Part shown: positions 18,826 to 27,593 of the stretch, one piece after another
Position numbering within the stretch: the stretch's first letter is position 1
How the letters are laid out: the number at the start of each line of letters is the position of its first letter
Made by a program: the position numbers and the translations under genes
Notes under the pieces: model-generated
Seen by the model: the letters and a program-made list of their open reading frames with translations, nothing else
The model's database searches: none
What the model was told of the DNA's origin: nothing
DNA from: an uncultured Candidatus Saccharibacteria bacterium
Lineage (GTDB): Bacteria; Patescibacteriota; Minisyncoccia; Phycocordibacterales; UBA9973
Length of the DNA stretch: 64,000 nt
Reading direction: 5' to 3'
NCBI GenBank assembly: GCA_964456475.1
Contig: CAYVZI010000007.1
Location: 294 to 64,293 of the forward strand

Positions 18826-19233
18826 ATGAACAACAGCTACTCTTGGTACTCGCAGCTTATCAAACCCTCATGGGCGCCACCATCGTGGGTCTTTGGTCCT
18901 GTGTGGACTGTGCTCTACATACTTATCGCTATTTCATTCGGTACGGTTTTTAAGCGAGCTTTTGAAGGCAAGATTTCTTGGATGGTCGCGTTGCCATTCA
19001 TTCTCAACCTCCTTTTTAATTTCATCTTTACTTGGATTCAATTCGGACTCAAAAATAATCTCCTCGCAGCCGTCGATATCTTTCTCGTATTAGTCACATT
19101 AATCTGGGCAATGGTTGCTATCTGGCACGCATCGGCAGAACTACGTTGGATTACATACATCAACATTCCATATCTTGTATGGGTGTCCTTTGCCATTACT
19201 GTGCAATTTGCTGTAACTTATTTGAACCGATGA
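18826..19233 (+). CDS. TspO/MBR (tryptophan-rich sensory protein) family membrane protein
   Basis: WYSQLIKPSWAPPSWVFGPVWTVLYILI signature and multiple Trp-rich TM helices. Confidence 0.65.
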   Translation: MNNSYSWYSQLIKPSWAPPSWVFGPVWTVLYILIAISFGTVFKRAFEGKISWMVALPFILNLLFNFIFTWIQFGLKNNLLAAVDIFLVLVTLIWAMVAIWHASAELRWITYINIPYLVWVSFAITVQFAVTYLNR

Positions 19234-19682
19234 TCATCAATCTAGACTTTGTAGGATTATTTCTCTTTATCGCCGGATTCATCATTGGACTCGGCGCAGT
19301 CACTGTGATTGATATTCACGGTTTTCTCGGACGCAAGTCGAGCTATTGGACCGAGGCGACGATTCGTACACATAAAGTCACTAAACCAATGATCTGGGTG
19401 GGTATTACGTTTGTCGTGCTAGGTGGTGCTATCTTCTATCGCAATGTACCGTTTGCTGGTATACCACTGTATCAATCCATCATCGCGCTCGCACTTGTAC
19501 TCAATGGTATATTCCTTTCGTTGTATGTGAGCCCTTTTCTCCTCGCACGTGAACGAGAAGGGAAACAAACCGAACTTTTGCCCGACTCACTCCAGAAGAA
19601 AATCATGATAAGTCTCATCGTCTCAGACCTCGGCTGGTGGGGTGGCTTGGCACTATTGGTCTATTACATTACGACAGCATAG
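19230..19682 (+). CDS. integral membrane protein (4 TM)
   Basis: ATGA start/stop overlap with the upstream gene (MIINLDF...); hydrophobic throughout. Confidence 0.5.
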   Translation: MIINLDFVGLFLFIAGFIIGLGAVTVIDIHGFLGRKSSYWTEATIRTHKVTKPMIWVGITFVVLGGAIFYRNVPFAGIPLYQSIIALALVLNGIFLSLYVSPFLLAREREGKQTELLPDSLQKKIMISLIVSDLGWWGGLALLVYYITTA

Positions 19683-19749
19683 TTTTTTGTTGTGTATTGC
19701 AAATCCACACCTCTCAAATCGAAGTCATGGCGTATAATAGGGCATCGCT

Positions 19750-20610
19750 ATGAAAAAAATAATTGGAAAATTGAAGAATGATCAGAATGTGCTCGTGTTT
19801 GATAACGCCGAATTAGATGGTCTGAAAGATGCGTATAAAGTGCCGAATGTGACGCTCGCTATTCCTTTTGAAGTCGATACCCGCAAGCTTGCTGAAGGCG
19901 AGTGGTATTACTTCGTGCTCACTGAAGAAGAAAAACAAGAAATGCTTGGCGGATTCGTGTCAGAAGATACAAGCGTGGGGCTCGATACAATGGTTGCCGA
20001 TTATTACTCAGAACTTAAAGCAATATATCTTGTATCGGGTGAAGAGCGAATCTTTACAAAGGTCACTCCGCGACAAGTGCTCCGTTCCGAGATGTATGTG
20101 TCATTTGGTGAGAAGCCGAGTTTGGTTGAACAGGGTAATGCCATCCGTCTCACTGGAGAAGTGGATGCATACTGGAATGGTTCACGTCTCTTTTTCAAAA
20201 AATTCACCCTCATTCAATCACTCTTCCCAGGAATCAAAAAAATGTATCGTCAAGTCACTGAGCAGGGTACGAATGAATTTCTTTCAAGTACACTCTTCGA
20301 ATTGAAATCAGAAATGAGTAGCGAGATTATCGGTCTGCGTAATCGCAGAAAGATGGTCTCAATCATCGAGTCCAAAACTATCGATTTGAAGGATGAAGAA
20401 GTCTGCAGTAAATATCTCGAGTATGCCAAGGAATACAATCTCGATCTCGAAATCACCGATGGTAAGATTGCACTCATCGACAACACAGACATTGCGACTG
20501 TCATCAATCTCTTTGGTGAGAATTTCTACACCACAGCAATCACTGGCGAGCGCCGCGAAATCCGTACGAGCAAAAAACTCGTGCCAACCCCACGCAAGCG
20601 AGCAAAATAA
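19750..20610 (+). CDS. hypothetical protein
   Basis: 286-aa ORF with ATG start and a basic C-terminus; no recognisable motif. Confidence 0.5.
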   Translation: MKKIIGKLKNDQNVLVFDNAELDGLKDAYKVPNVTLAIPFEVDTRKLAEGEWYYFVLTEEEKQEMLGGFVSEDTSVGLDTMVADYYSELKAIYLVSGEERIFTKVTPRQVLRSEMYVSFGEKPSLVEQGNAIRLTGEVDAYWNGSRLFFKKFTLIQSLFPGIKKMYRQVTEQGTNEFLSSTLFELKSEMSSEIIGLRNRRKMVSIIESKTIDLKDEEVCSKYLEYAKEYNLDLEITDGKIALIDNTDIATVINLFGENFYTTAITGERREIRTSKKLVPTPRKRAK

Positions 20611-20661
20611 TACCCCTTTTATCCTAAGAGTAGGGTAACTATGTATTAAAAAAATCCCTGG

Positions 20662-21162
20662 TTATCCAGGGATTTTGAGTGATTTCTTAAAATAACAAGT
20701 TTCGTATGGCTTAGTTTGGACCGTTCGATATAATACAAAGCCAAGTTTTGGATACAGATGATGGCCAGCTTTGTTTCCATCGGTGTTTGAGGTGAATAGT
20801 TTGATTGTCTCTAACTTTGGATGAAGTGAGCAAATATGATCAATCATTTGTTGAAGCATCTGTGCTCCGAGTCCTTGTTTTTGAAAACAAGGTCGTATAC
20901 CAAGGTATCCAATCCATATCTCAGTCTCCTTTGGGTGGCTTCGAGAGAAGTAATACCCGATTGTGCCTACCGTTTGATCGCCTCGTTTGACCAAATAATA
21001 CCAGCAGGTTTTATTTCCTTCATCGAATGCGTATTTGTAAGAGTACGTCGGTTGAAAAACATTAGTATTATCAAACTCTGTAGGAAAAATTTCCTTTGCG
21101 AGCATCGCAGCGCTATATATGTTTTCTCCGTTGATAAGGGTAAACGTTAATTTATTTCTCAT
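20662..21162 (-). CDS. GNAT family N-acetyltransferase
   Basis: Motif A QKQGLGAQMLQQM and C-terminal KLGFVLY. Confidence 0.75.
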   Translation of the reverse strand: MRNKLTFTLINGENIYSAAMLAKEIFPTEFDNTNVFQPTYSYKYAFDEGNKTCWYYLVKRGDQTVGTIGYYFSRSHPKETEIWIGYLGIRPCFQKQGLGAQMLQQMIDHICSLHPKLETIKLFTSNTDGNKAGHHLYPKLGFVLYRTVQTKPYETCYFKKSLKIPG

Positions 21163-21261
21163 TAATGATAAATTTTAGTCATAATACATACTTTATTAAA
21201 ATAGTCAAAATACAATTTTAACAACTCTAGTTTGATTTTTATCATTTGGTATACTGTTTTC

Positions 21262-22263
21262 ATGAAAAAAATATACACTATTTTTGTACTAACGTTGTTC
21301 GTCCCATTGCTCACTTCAGCTCATGTAAAGTGGTTTGTAGATAGCGATGAGGTGATCAAAACGTCTCATGGTATTTTGCCGTTCTATGGTATTACCAACA
21401 AAGAAGTTCTCATTTGGTCATTTATCGTACTTCTCACTGTTTTCATATTTAGTGTAATAGACACACACATAAAGAGTCCTAGTAAACTCCTCGCATTTGG
21501 CCTCAAAAATGAAAAGGTCATCAATCGAATATCCCAAGCGGTGCTCGGATTGTTTTTGATTACAGTCAGTTTGGTTTGGAAGATTATTCTTATTCCCGAA
21601 ATTCCAGTTGAGGCTTCTGTAACGTATATTTTGCAAATTATACAAATCGCAGTTGGTTGTATGTTTGTTTTCAATATCTTGCCTCGCGTTGCGTCGGTCA
21701 CGCTGATGCTCTTTTGTGGAGGACTCATATTTCAGACTGGTTTCGTATCTCTTCTCGAAAACACAATTTTACTTTCGCTCGCGTTCTATTTCTACATCAT
21801 TCATTCCCCAGAGGACTCACGAGTGTTTCAAATGTTGAATAAACATGCAGTAGAAATCGTCCGCATTGGAACTGGTATTTCGCTCATTACTCTCGCATTT
21901 ACAGAAAAGTTTTTGTATCCAGAATTGAGCATGCAATTCCTCCAAGTGCATCATTGGAATTTTATGCAGGAAGTGTTTCCTTGGTTTAGTGACAAGCTTT
22001 TTGTGCTCAGTACTGGATTTGCGGAGACAATTTTTGGCATTCTCTTTATTTTCGGTTATATCACTCGCGTTACGACAGTGCTTATTGCCGTTTTCTTCGG
22101 GCTTTCGGTCACAACGATGCTTGTGCAATTTCGTCAGTGGGAAGTGGAAGACCTTGTGGTGTATTCAGCTGCTATACTTTTTATTTTTTATGGTCATGGA
22201 AAGACAAAGTTCTTTCATTTCATTCGGAGAAATACATCATTTCAAAAGAATGTAATCGGATAG
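21262..22263 (+). CDS. polytopic membrane protein (about 8 TM)
   Basis: Signal/TM MKKIYTIFVLTLFVPLLTSA followed by repeated hydrophobic helices. Confidence 0.5.
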   Translation: MKKIYTIFVLTLFVPLLTSAHVKWFVDSDEVIKTSHGILPFYGITNKEVLIWSFIVLLTVFIFSVIDTHIKSPSKLLAFGLKNEKVINRISQAVLGLFLITVSLVWKIILIPEIPVEASVTYILQIIQIAVGCMFVFNILPRVASVTLMLFCGGLIFQTGFVSLLENTILLSLAFYFYIIHSPEDSRVFQMLNKHAVEIVRIGTGISLITLAFTEKFLYPELSMQFLQVHHWNFMQEVFPWFSDKLFVLSTGFAETIFGILFIFGYITRVTTVLIAVFFGLSVTTMLVQFRQWEVEDLVVYSAAILFIFYGHGKTKFFHFIRRNTSFQKNVIG

Positions 22264-22269
22264 TATTTT

Positions 22270-22764
22270 ATGTACCTCACCAAAAAAGAACAGAATGAAT
22301 TGATAGTAAAAAAATCCAAACATGGCAAGGGTGTTTTTGCGTTACGTACATTCAAGCCAGAACAAAAAATATTTCAGTTTGCGGGTAAGCTTATTTCATG
22401 CGATGCAGATGATTCGACGGATGATATCACTCGTTCAAATACAATTCGTTTTGACTCTGATTGGTTTGTGAGTCCTGCTGGAAGAATTGGTGATTTTTTG
22501 AATCATTCATGCGAGCCGAATGCAAAGGTAATCAAAAAGGATAATAAACTATTTATGATTGCAATCTTGCCAATCCAAAAAGGAGAAGAGATAGTTTTTG
22601 ATTATTCGACAGTTATCGCATCGGACGATATTTGGACGATGCGATGCAAATGCGGAAGCAGTAATTGTCGTGGTGTAGTGAAGCAGTTTCAGAAATTACC
22701 AAAAAAACTACAAAAGCAGTATATTTTTGAATCAGTCGTACCGAGTTATATTTTGGAAATCTAA
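22270..22764 (+). CDS. SET-domain protein (putative protein-lysine methyltransferase)
   Basis: NHSCEPN motif, FDY, and post-SET Cys cluster CKCGSSNC. Confidence 0.75.
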   Translation: MYLTKKEQNELIVKKSKHGKGVFALRTFKPEQKIFQFAGKLISCDADDSTDDITRSNTIRFDSDWFVSPAGRIGDFLNHSCEPNAKVIKKDNKLFMIAILPIQKGEEIVFDYSTVIASDDIWTMRCKCGSSNCRGVVKQFQKLPKKLQKQYIFESVVPSYILEI

Positions 22765-22780
22765 CTGATATACTATCTAT

Positions 22781-23314
22781 ATGCAAAAGAATCTACTTAT
22801 CTTTCTTACCGTGCTCGTATTTGTCATTGCTGGAATTTTGTATTTACAAAAGAGCGGAAGTGATATTGTGCCCACAAATACAGTCGATCGCTACAAAAAC
22901 ATTTCGTATATAATCGACGGAAGAAATGTAGCGCTTGTCGATGGTTATGCAGAGGAAGAAATTGCTCCTGATTCAGCTACCATGCTCGTTACTCAATATT
23001 TCGGTAACAGAGCAACAGGAGATCTCAATGGTGATGGAAAAGAAGACATCGCATTCCTTCTCACTCAAAATAGTGGAGGAAGTGGAACGTACTTTTACGT
23101 AGTTACTGCTTTGAAAGTCGCGGATTCATACATTGGTACGAATGCCATATTTCTCGGTGACCGAATTGCTCCACAAACGACTGAAATTCATGACGGGAAA
23201 TTGGTAGTCAATTATGCCGATCGTGCAGTGCTTGATCCAATGACTACAAGTCCTTCAATCGGAGTATCAAGATATCTCATAGTAGATGGGACTGAACTAG
23301 TTGAGGCACACTAA
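22781..23314 (+). CDS. secreted/membrane-anchored hypothetical protein
   Basis: N-terminal TM/signal (LLIFLTVLVFVIAGILYL); DLNGDGKEDIAF calcium-binding-like loop. Confidence 0.45.
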   Translation: MQKNLLIFLTVLVFVIAGILYLQKSGSDIVPTNTVDRYKNISYIIDGRNVALVDGYAEEEIAPDSATMLVTQYFGNRATGDLNGDGKEDIAFLLTQNSGGSGTYFYVVTALKVADSYIGTNAIFLGDRIAPQTTEIHDGKLVVNYADRAVLDPMTTSPSIGVSRYLIVDGTELVEAH

Positions 23315-23597
23315 TACTGTTGTTATGGAAGAAGAATTCCATGTATACATACTCGAGTGTTCAGATAAAACACTCTATATCGGTTCGACAAATGACTTGG
23401 AAAAGCGACTCCACGCACACAATCATTTGAAATCCGGGGCGCACTATACGAAGATTCGACGCCCTGTAGTTTTGAAATACAGTGAAAAACACCCTACATA
23501 CTCAAAAGTGAGGGAAAGAGAGGGTGAGTTGAAGAGACTTACGAGAGCGGAGAAGTTGAAATTGATTCAAAAGAGAAAATCCAAATCTGGATCCTGA
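23301..23597 (+). CDS. GIY-YIG nuclease superfamily protein (UPF0213-like)
   Basis: FHVYILECSDKTLYIGSTNDLEKRLHAHN is a GIY-YIG core. Overlaps the upstream gene by 14 nt. Confidence 0.75.
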   Translation: MRHTNTVVMEEEFHVYILECSDKTLYIGSTNDLEKRLHAHNHLKSGAHYTKIRRPVVLKYSEKHPTYSKVREREGELKRLTRAEKLKLIQKRKSKSGS

Positions 23598-23674
23598 AAC
23601 TAGTTCAGGATGGCCCAGGGAATCGTAACCGGGTATTTGTGTTGGTTTTATAAACTTTACAAACTTTTTAACTT

Positions 23675-24418
23675 TCAACTATTTTGGCTTTTCCAGCGGT
23701 CGAGGATTATGGCGCCGGCTACGCCTGCGTTGAGTGATTCTGCGCCACCGAATTTTGGGATAGTTACTTTTTCAGTAATGCATTTTTCTACTTCGCGACT
23801 AATGCCGTGTGATTCGCTGCCGACGACAAGTATGCCATCTTTGGGAAATGTGAATGTGTGAACTGATTTACCTTTCATATCTGCACCTAGGATCGGTGTT
23901 TTTTGTTTTTTGAGAAATACGGGAAGTACTGTGTAATATCCGTTTACTCGAGTGAATGAACCCATCGAAGCAGCGATCGTCTTTGGATTGTGCCAATCGA
24001 CGCAAGTGTCGCTACAAATGATGTTTTTGATACCGTACCAGTCGGCAATACGGATAAGTGTACCAAGGTTGCCTGGATCACGAATGTCGTCGAGTACGAG
24101 TGTGACGCCAGAGAGGGTCGGGATTTTGATTTCTTTCTGTATGACGATGGCAAGTGCACCGTCGTTGTGTTCAAGTGTCCCAAAAGCCTTGAGTTCAGCT
24201 CCGTCAACAATTTGCACTCGAGCGTCTTTTCTTGTGTCGAGGAGTTCTGTGTACTCTTTGCGGAAGTCGGTAGTGATATAGAGATTGTCTATCTTGTAGT
24301 CACTTCGGAGAAGCTCAACCACGTTCTTGGTCCCTTCCACGAGGAATTTCTTGGTTTCTTGGCGGTATTTCTTCTCGCGAAGCGCTTTTATGATTTTTGT
24401 GCTCATTGGGTTGGTCAT
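23675..24418 (-). CDS. TrmH/SpoU-family RNA 2-prime-O-methyltransferase
   Basis: SPOUT motifs (LVLDDIRDPGNLGTLIRIA, VVGSESHGIS, ESLNAGVAGAIILD). Start placed at MTNPMS; the track ORF extends over the upstream promoter motif. Confidence 0.8.
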   Translation of the reverse strand: MTNPMSTKIIKALREKKYRQETKKFLVEGTKNVVELLRSDYKIDNLYITTDFRKEYTELLDTRKDARVQIVDGAELKAFGTLEHNDGALAIVIQKEIKIPTLSGVTLVLDDIRDPGNLGTLIRIADWYGIKNIICSDTCVDWHNPKTIAASMGSFTRVNGYYTVLPVFLKKQKTPILGADMKGKSVHTFTFPKDGILVVGSESHGISREVEKCITEKVTIPKFGGAESLNAGVAGAIILDRWKSQNS

Positions 24419-24473
24419 GCCGGATAGTATACAGTATTTTGTATGGAGTATACAGTATGGATGCAAATGCAAA

Positions 24474-24498
24474 GCCCCGCCGGTTTTGCCGGCGGGGC
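24474..24498 (-). terminator. rho-independent terminator (minus strand) after ORF 24541..24807
   Basis: GCCCCGCCGG-tttt-CCGGCGGGGC, A-run on the plus strand = T-run on minus. Confidence 0.7.
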
Positions 24499-24540
24499 TC
24501 ATACTGTATACACAATACCGTATATTAAATACTTGCTTTT

Positions 24541-24807
24541 TTACTGATTCATCATACCTTGTCCGTATCCCATATCATACGTGTCGCCAGAATACATCAT
24601 TTTATTGCCTGCGTGGTTGCGGAAGTCTCCATACCCACGAGATTCAAGCATGCCTTTGAGTTCTCCAATTTTGAATGCGAAACAGAATACGATAACAAGA
24701 ATAGTAATCTTGATAACCCATTTCAAAACATGTAGGTGGTTCTTGCTGCATCCGTGTCCACAGCCTCCACATTCCATACTGCAAACATGATTTTCTTTAT
24801 TTTCCAT
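24541..24807 (-). CDS. small Cys/His-rich membrane protein
   Basis: CSMECGGCGHGC cluster, one TM helix, Gly/Tyr/Met-rich tail. Confidence 0.4.
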   Translation of the reverse strand: MENKENHVCSMECGGCGHGCSKNHLHVLKWVIKITILVIVFCFAFKIGELKGMLESRGYGDFRNHAGNKMMYSGDTYDMGYGQGMMNQ

Positions 24808-24880
24808 ATTTTTGTTGATTAATTTTTAATAGAGTAAGTATATCAAAATATTTCGAGCGTTGCTATGTATATGAGAATAA

Positions 24881-25792
24881 TTAGTGTAATTGAGCTTTCT
24901 CTTTGGATCCAAATGCGTGAATTTTTTCTTCGACCACTTTTGCAACAGCGTCGATAACTTCATCCATGAGTTTGACTACGGCAAATTCTTTTGGATTTTC
25001 AGCAAGCTCTTGTTCGAGTGTGGTGCGAAACGCGTATCGCATGTCTGAATTGATGTTGATTTTGCTTACGCCTATTTTGACGGCGTCTTCAAAAAAGTGG
25101 AGCGGAGTATCGGACCCGCCGTGGAGACTGATGTTGCAATCTATTGAGTTGCGAATCTTTTGGAGTAATTCAAGATCGAGCTCTTTTGGCACTGGGTATT
25201 TTCCGTGCAGATTTCCAACGGCAGCTGCAAACGTATCAATACCTGTCGCATCAACAAATGCTTTGGATCCTTCGGGCGTACTGAACGTCTTTTTGATTTC
25301 TGCATAATCAATATTCTCAGCATGTACGTTGCTTGATCCACCGAAATAGTGAGGTTCAGATTCTACGATAGCTCCAGTTTTTTTGGCGTATTCCACCACC
25401 TCGCGGGTTGCAGAAATAATTTCCTCATCTGTCGCACCGTGATTTTCTTGCGATACATCGATATGGATGAATTCAAATCCCGCATCGATTCCGGCTTTTG
25501 CCGCTTCAACACTCGGACTGTGGTCGAGATTGAGGTAAATCTCGATTCCGTATTCTTTTTTGTAGTTGGTGACCATATCGCGCGCATTGTCGAGACCAAT
25601 GGCTTTCACTTCGCCATGAGAGAGCTCGATGAGGGCAGGGGAATTGAGTTTTTGTGCTGTTTTACAAATTGCGACAAGCGTTTCTTGGTTGTCGATATTA
25701 AAAGCTCCTACCGCAAAATGTTCGGTGCGAGCACGTGTCATAAGTGTTCGAGCGTGTTTACAATTTTCTTGGATTTCTTCGAGAGTGATCAT
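24881..25792 (-). CDS. fba: fructose-bisphosphate aldolase class II
   Basis: FAVGAFNIDN, LDHSPS, and HGGS-like metal-binding motifs of class II FBA. Confidence 0.9.
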   Translation of the reverse strand: MITLEEIQENCKHARTLMTRARTEHFAVGAFNIDNQETLVAICKTAQKLNSPALIELSHGEVKAIGLDNARDMVTNYKKEYGIEIYLNLDHSPSVEAAKAGIDAGFEFIHIDVSQENHGATDEEIISATREVVEYAKKTGAIVESEPHYFGGSSNVHAENIDYAEIKKTFSTPEGSKAFVDATGIDTFAAAVGNLHGKYPVPKELDLELLQKIRNSIDCNISLHGGSDTPLHFFEDAVKIGVSKININSDMRYAFRTTLEQELAENPKEFAVVKLMDEVIDAVAKVVEEKIHAFGSKEKAQLH

Positions 25793-25835
25793 AAAAATAT
25801 GGTATTACCTATAATGAATATAGTATACTGTACGT

Positions 25836-26726
25836 ATGCAAAAAAAGCTTTCTATTTTTTTTCTTGTCACATTCCTTTTTTTACAGGCAGATGTTGCTTC
25901 TGCTTCGACTGGATTTGTAGGTAATCCAATTTGGATTTATCCGGAATTCCCTCGTGAAGACGAGATGACGACTCTTTCAACGCTTTTTCGTAATGGAGAA
26001 ACACAAAAACTTTCTGGAACAGTCTTGTTCTATGACAATGAGGTTTTGATTGGCAAAAAATCGCTTACCATTTCTGCTGGAACAGTAGCTACGGCAAGTA
26101 TTACGTTTCGCATCGAACCAGGCAATCATGTTTTTTCGGCTACGGCCCAAGGTTTTCAAGAAATTTCAAATAACGGCTCGGCCAAAACATATGCACTACC
26201 ACTTGGTAAAGCAGAAATGTCAAAATTATACATGACCAAAAACGGGAGTGGCTCGGGGGTAGAAGCGGTAGGCCTAAAAGCAAGTGCTCAAGCACAACCG
26301 ATCCTCAACAAAGTAGATGAATTTGAAAATAAAGTAATTGAGAGTGTTCCTGACTCGGTCAAAGAGCCAATTATTGCAACAGTAGATTCACTTGAGAGAC
26401 TTCGAGTGACCACAAGTGTCTCGTTGGAAAATTCAGTTGCTAAGGCAACGGAAGCGGTTGAAGAACAGAAAAAAGTTGCAGAAGAGCAGATCAAAGAGTC
26501 TGGCGCTGTGGCCCCTTCGACCAAGTATATCAATAGTCCATTTGCTACAGTTCGACTATTTGTCGCGCGACTGTTCCATTACATATTTTCACATGCGTAC
26601 CTCTTCTATATTGCATTTTTTGCAGTCCTCTTTTTCTTGGTTCGTTCGATTTTCCGTAAAATCAAACGGACTCGACATGAAAATCGTGTTACCAAAAAAG
26701 TTTCTAATAGAATCTCGAAAGAGTAA
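25836..26726 (+). CDS. secreted protein with C-terminal TM anchor
   Basis: Signal peptide (FLFLQADVASAST), coiled-coil-like central region, C-terminal TM then RKIKRTRHENR. Confidence 0.5.
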   Translation: MQKKLSIFFLVTFLFLQADVASASTGFVGNPIWIYPEFPREDEMTTLSTLFRNGETQKLSGTVLFYDNEVLIGKKSLTISAGTVATASITFRIEPGNHVFSATAQGFQEISNNGSAKTYALPLGKAEMSKLYMTKNGSGSGVEAVGLKASAQAQPILNKVDEFENKVIESVPDSVKEPIIATVDSLERLRVTTSVSLENSVAKATEAVEEQKKVAEEQIKESGAVAPSTKYINSPFATVRLFVARLFHYIFSHAYLFYIAFFAVLFFLVRSIFRKIKRTRHENRVTKKVSNRISKE

Positions 26727-26807
26727 TCACTTCGGATGATATATTGACTTATGGCTCAGAATATGCTATATTCTGAGCCATTTTAACTTTCTAAAATTTA
26801 ATAGTAT

Positions 26808-27227
26808 ATGCAAAAAGGTGTATTGAAGTATGAATTAAAATTTGCTGAGACCGGGAGATCGGCAGCCTATTTTTGTAACGGCGTTCAAGTCAGCCCAGAC
26901 TTTACATGTCAGAGTAATCTGATCAAGGTTGTCCTTGTATTGTCAGAGCTAAAATTGATAACGAGCGAAAAGCATAATGAGATGCTAAGCTCGATTATTG
27001 AAAACAAAAAGATGCCGGCGGTGATGCCAGGCATGATGAATTTCTCTGTTGTAGTTACGGATGACTTCAATATTATTGTGGAGGCATGTGGAATGACGTT
27101 TAATACAAAAGCATTCCATCCCACCTCGTATTATGGCAATATTTTCAATGGCTTCCAGGAAAACATCTATTTCAATTCATTCTTTAAGAAAAAAGAACAA
27201 AGTGAGCCAGCTTCTGTTCATAACTAA
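26808..27227 (+). CDS. hypothetical protein
   Basis: 139-aa ORF followed by a terminator; no motif. Confidence 0.4.
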   Translation: MQKGVLKYELKFAETGRSAAYFCNGVQVSPDFTCQSNLIKVVLVLSELKLITSEKHNEMLSSIIENKKMPAVMPGMMNFSVVVTDDFNIIVEACGMTFNTKAFHPTSYYGNIFNGFQENIYFNSFFKKKEQSEPASVHN

Positions 27228-27243
27228 TTTGCCAGAATGATGG

Positions 27244-27275
27244 CAAAACCCCGCTGTAACACAGCGGGGTTTTTT
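27244..27275 (+). terminator. rho-independent terminator
   Basis: AAAACCCCGCTGT-aaca-CAGCGGGGTTTTTT. Confidence 0.75.
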
Positions 27276-27277
27276 AA

Positions 27278-27317
27278 TACCCGCACACTTCCTTTTTGCA
27301 AAAAGGAAGTGTGCGGG
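27278..27317. repeat. 40-nt perfect palindrome
   Basis: ACCCGCACACTTCCTTTTTG / CAAAAAGGAAGTGTGCGGGT are exact reverse complements with no spacer. Confidence 0.8.
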
Positions 27318-27329
27318 TATACTGGGTTC

Positions 27330-27593
27330 ATGCGATTTCGTATTTTTTGTACAATTTTTCTACTGATATCCGTTTGTGCGTTTCCTCTTTATTTTACAAT
27401 GGCGATAGGGCTTTTTTCGGTAGTTTGGTTTCGGAAGTATTATGAACTCATCCCGCTCTTTCTATTGAATGATATTCTATATGGTGTTCCACTCGCTCAT
27501 TTTTTCCATTTTTCATACGTTATGACGCTACTCGCTGTAATTTTGGTTGGAATAAGTATTATTGTTAGAAAAAATATATTTACCAATGAATAG
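27330..27593 (+). CDS. small membrane protein
   Basis: MRFRIFCTIFLL...; the upstream part of the track ORF is spurious because it spans the terminator and palindrome. Confidence 0.3.
   Translation: MRFRIFCTIFLLISVCAFPLYFTMAIGLFSVVWFRKYYELIPLFLLNDILYGVPLAHFFHFSYVMTLLAVILVGISIIVRKNIFTNE

Noticed and set aside
27237-27329. N-terminal part of track ORF 27237..27593.
   Set aside because: It spans a rho-independent terminator and the 40-nt perfect palindrome; the real start is most likely the Met at 27330.
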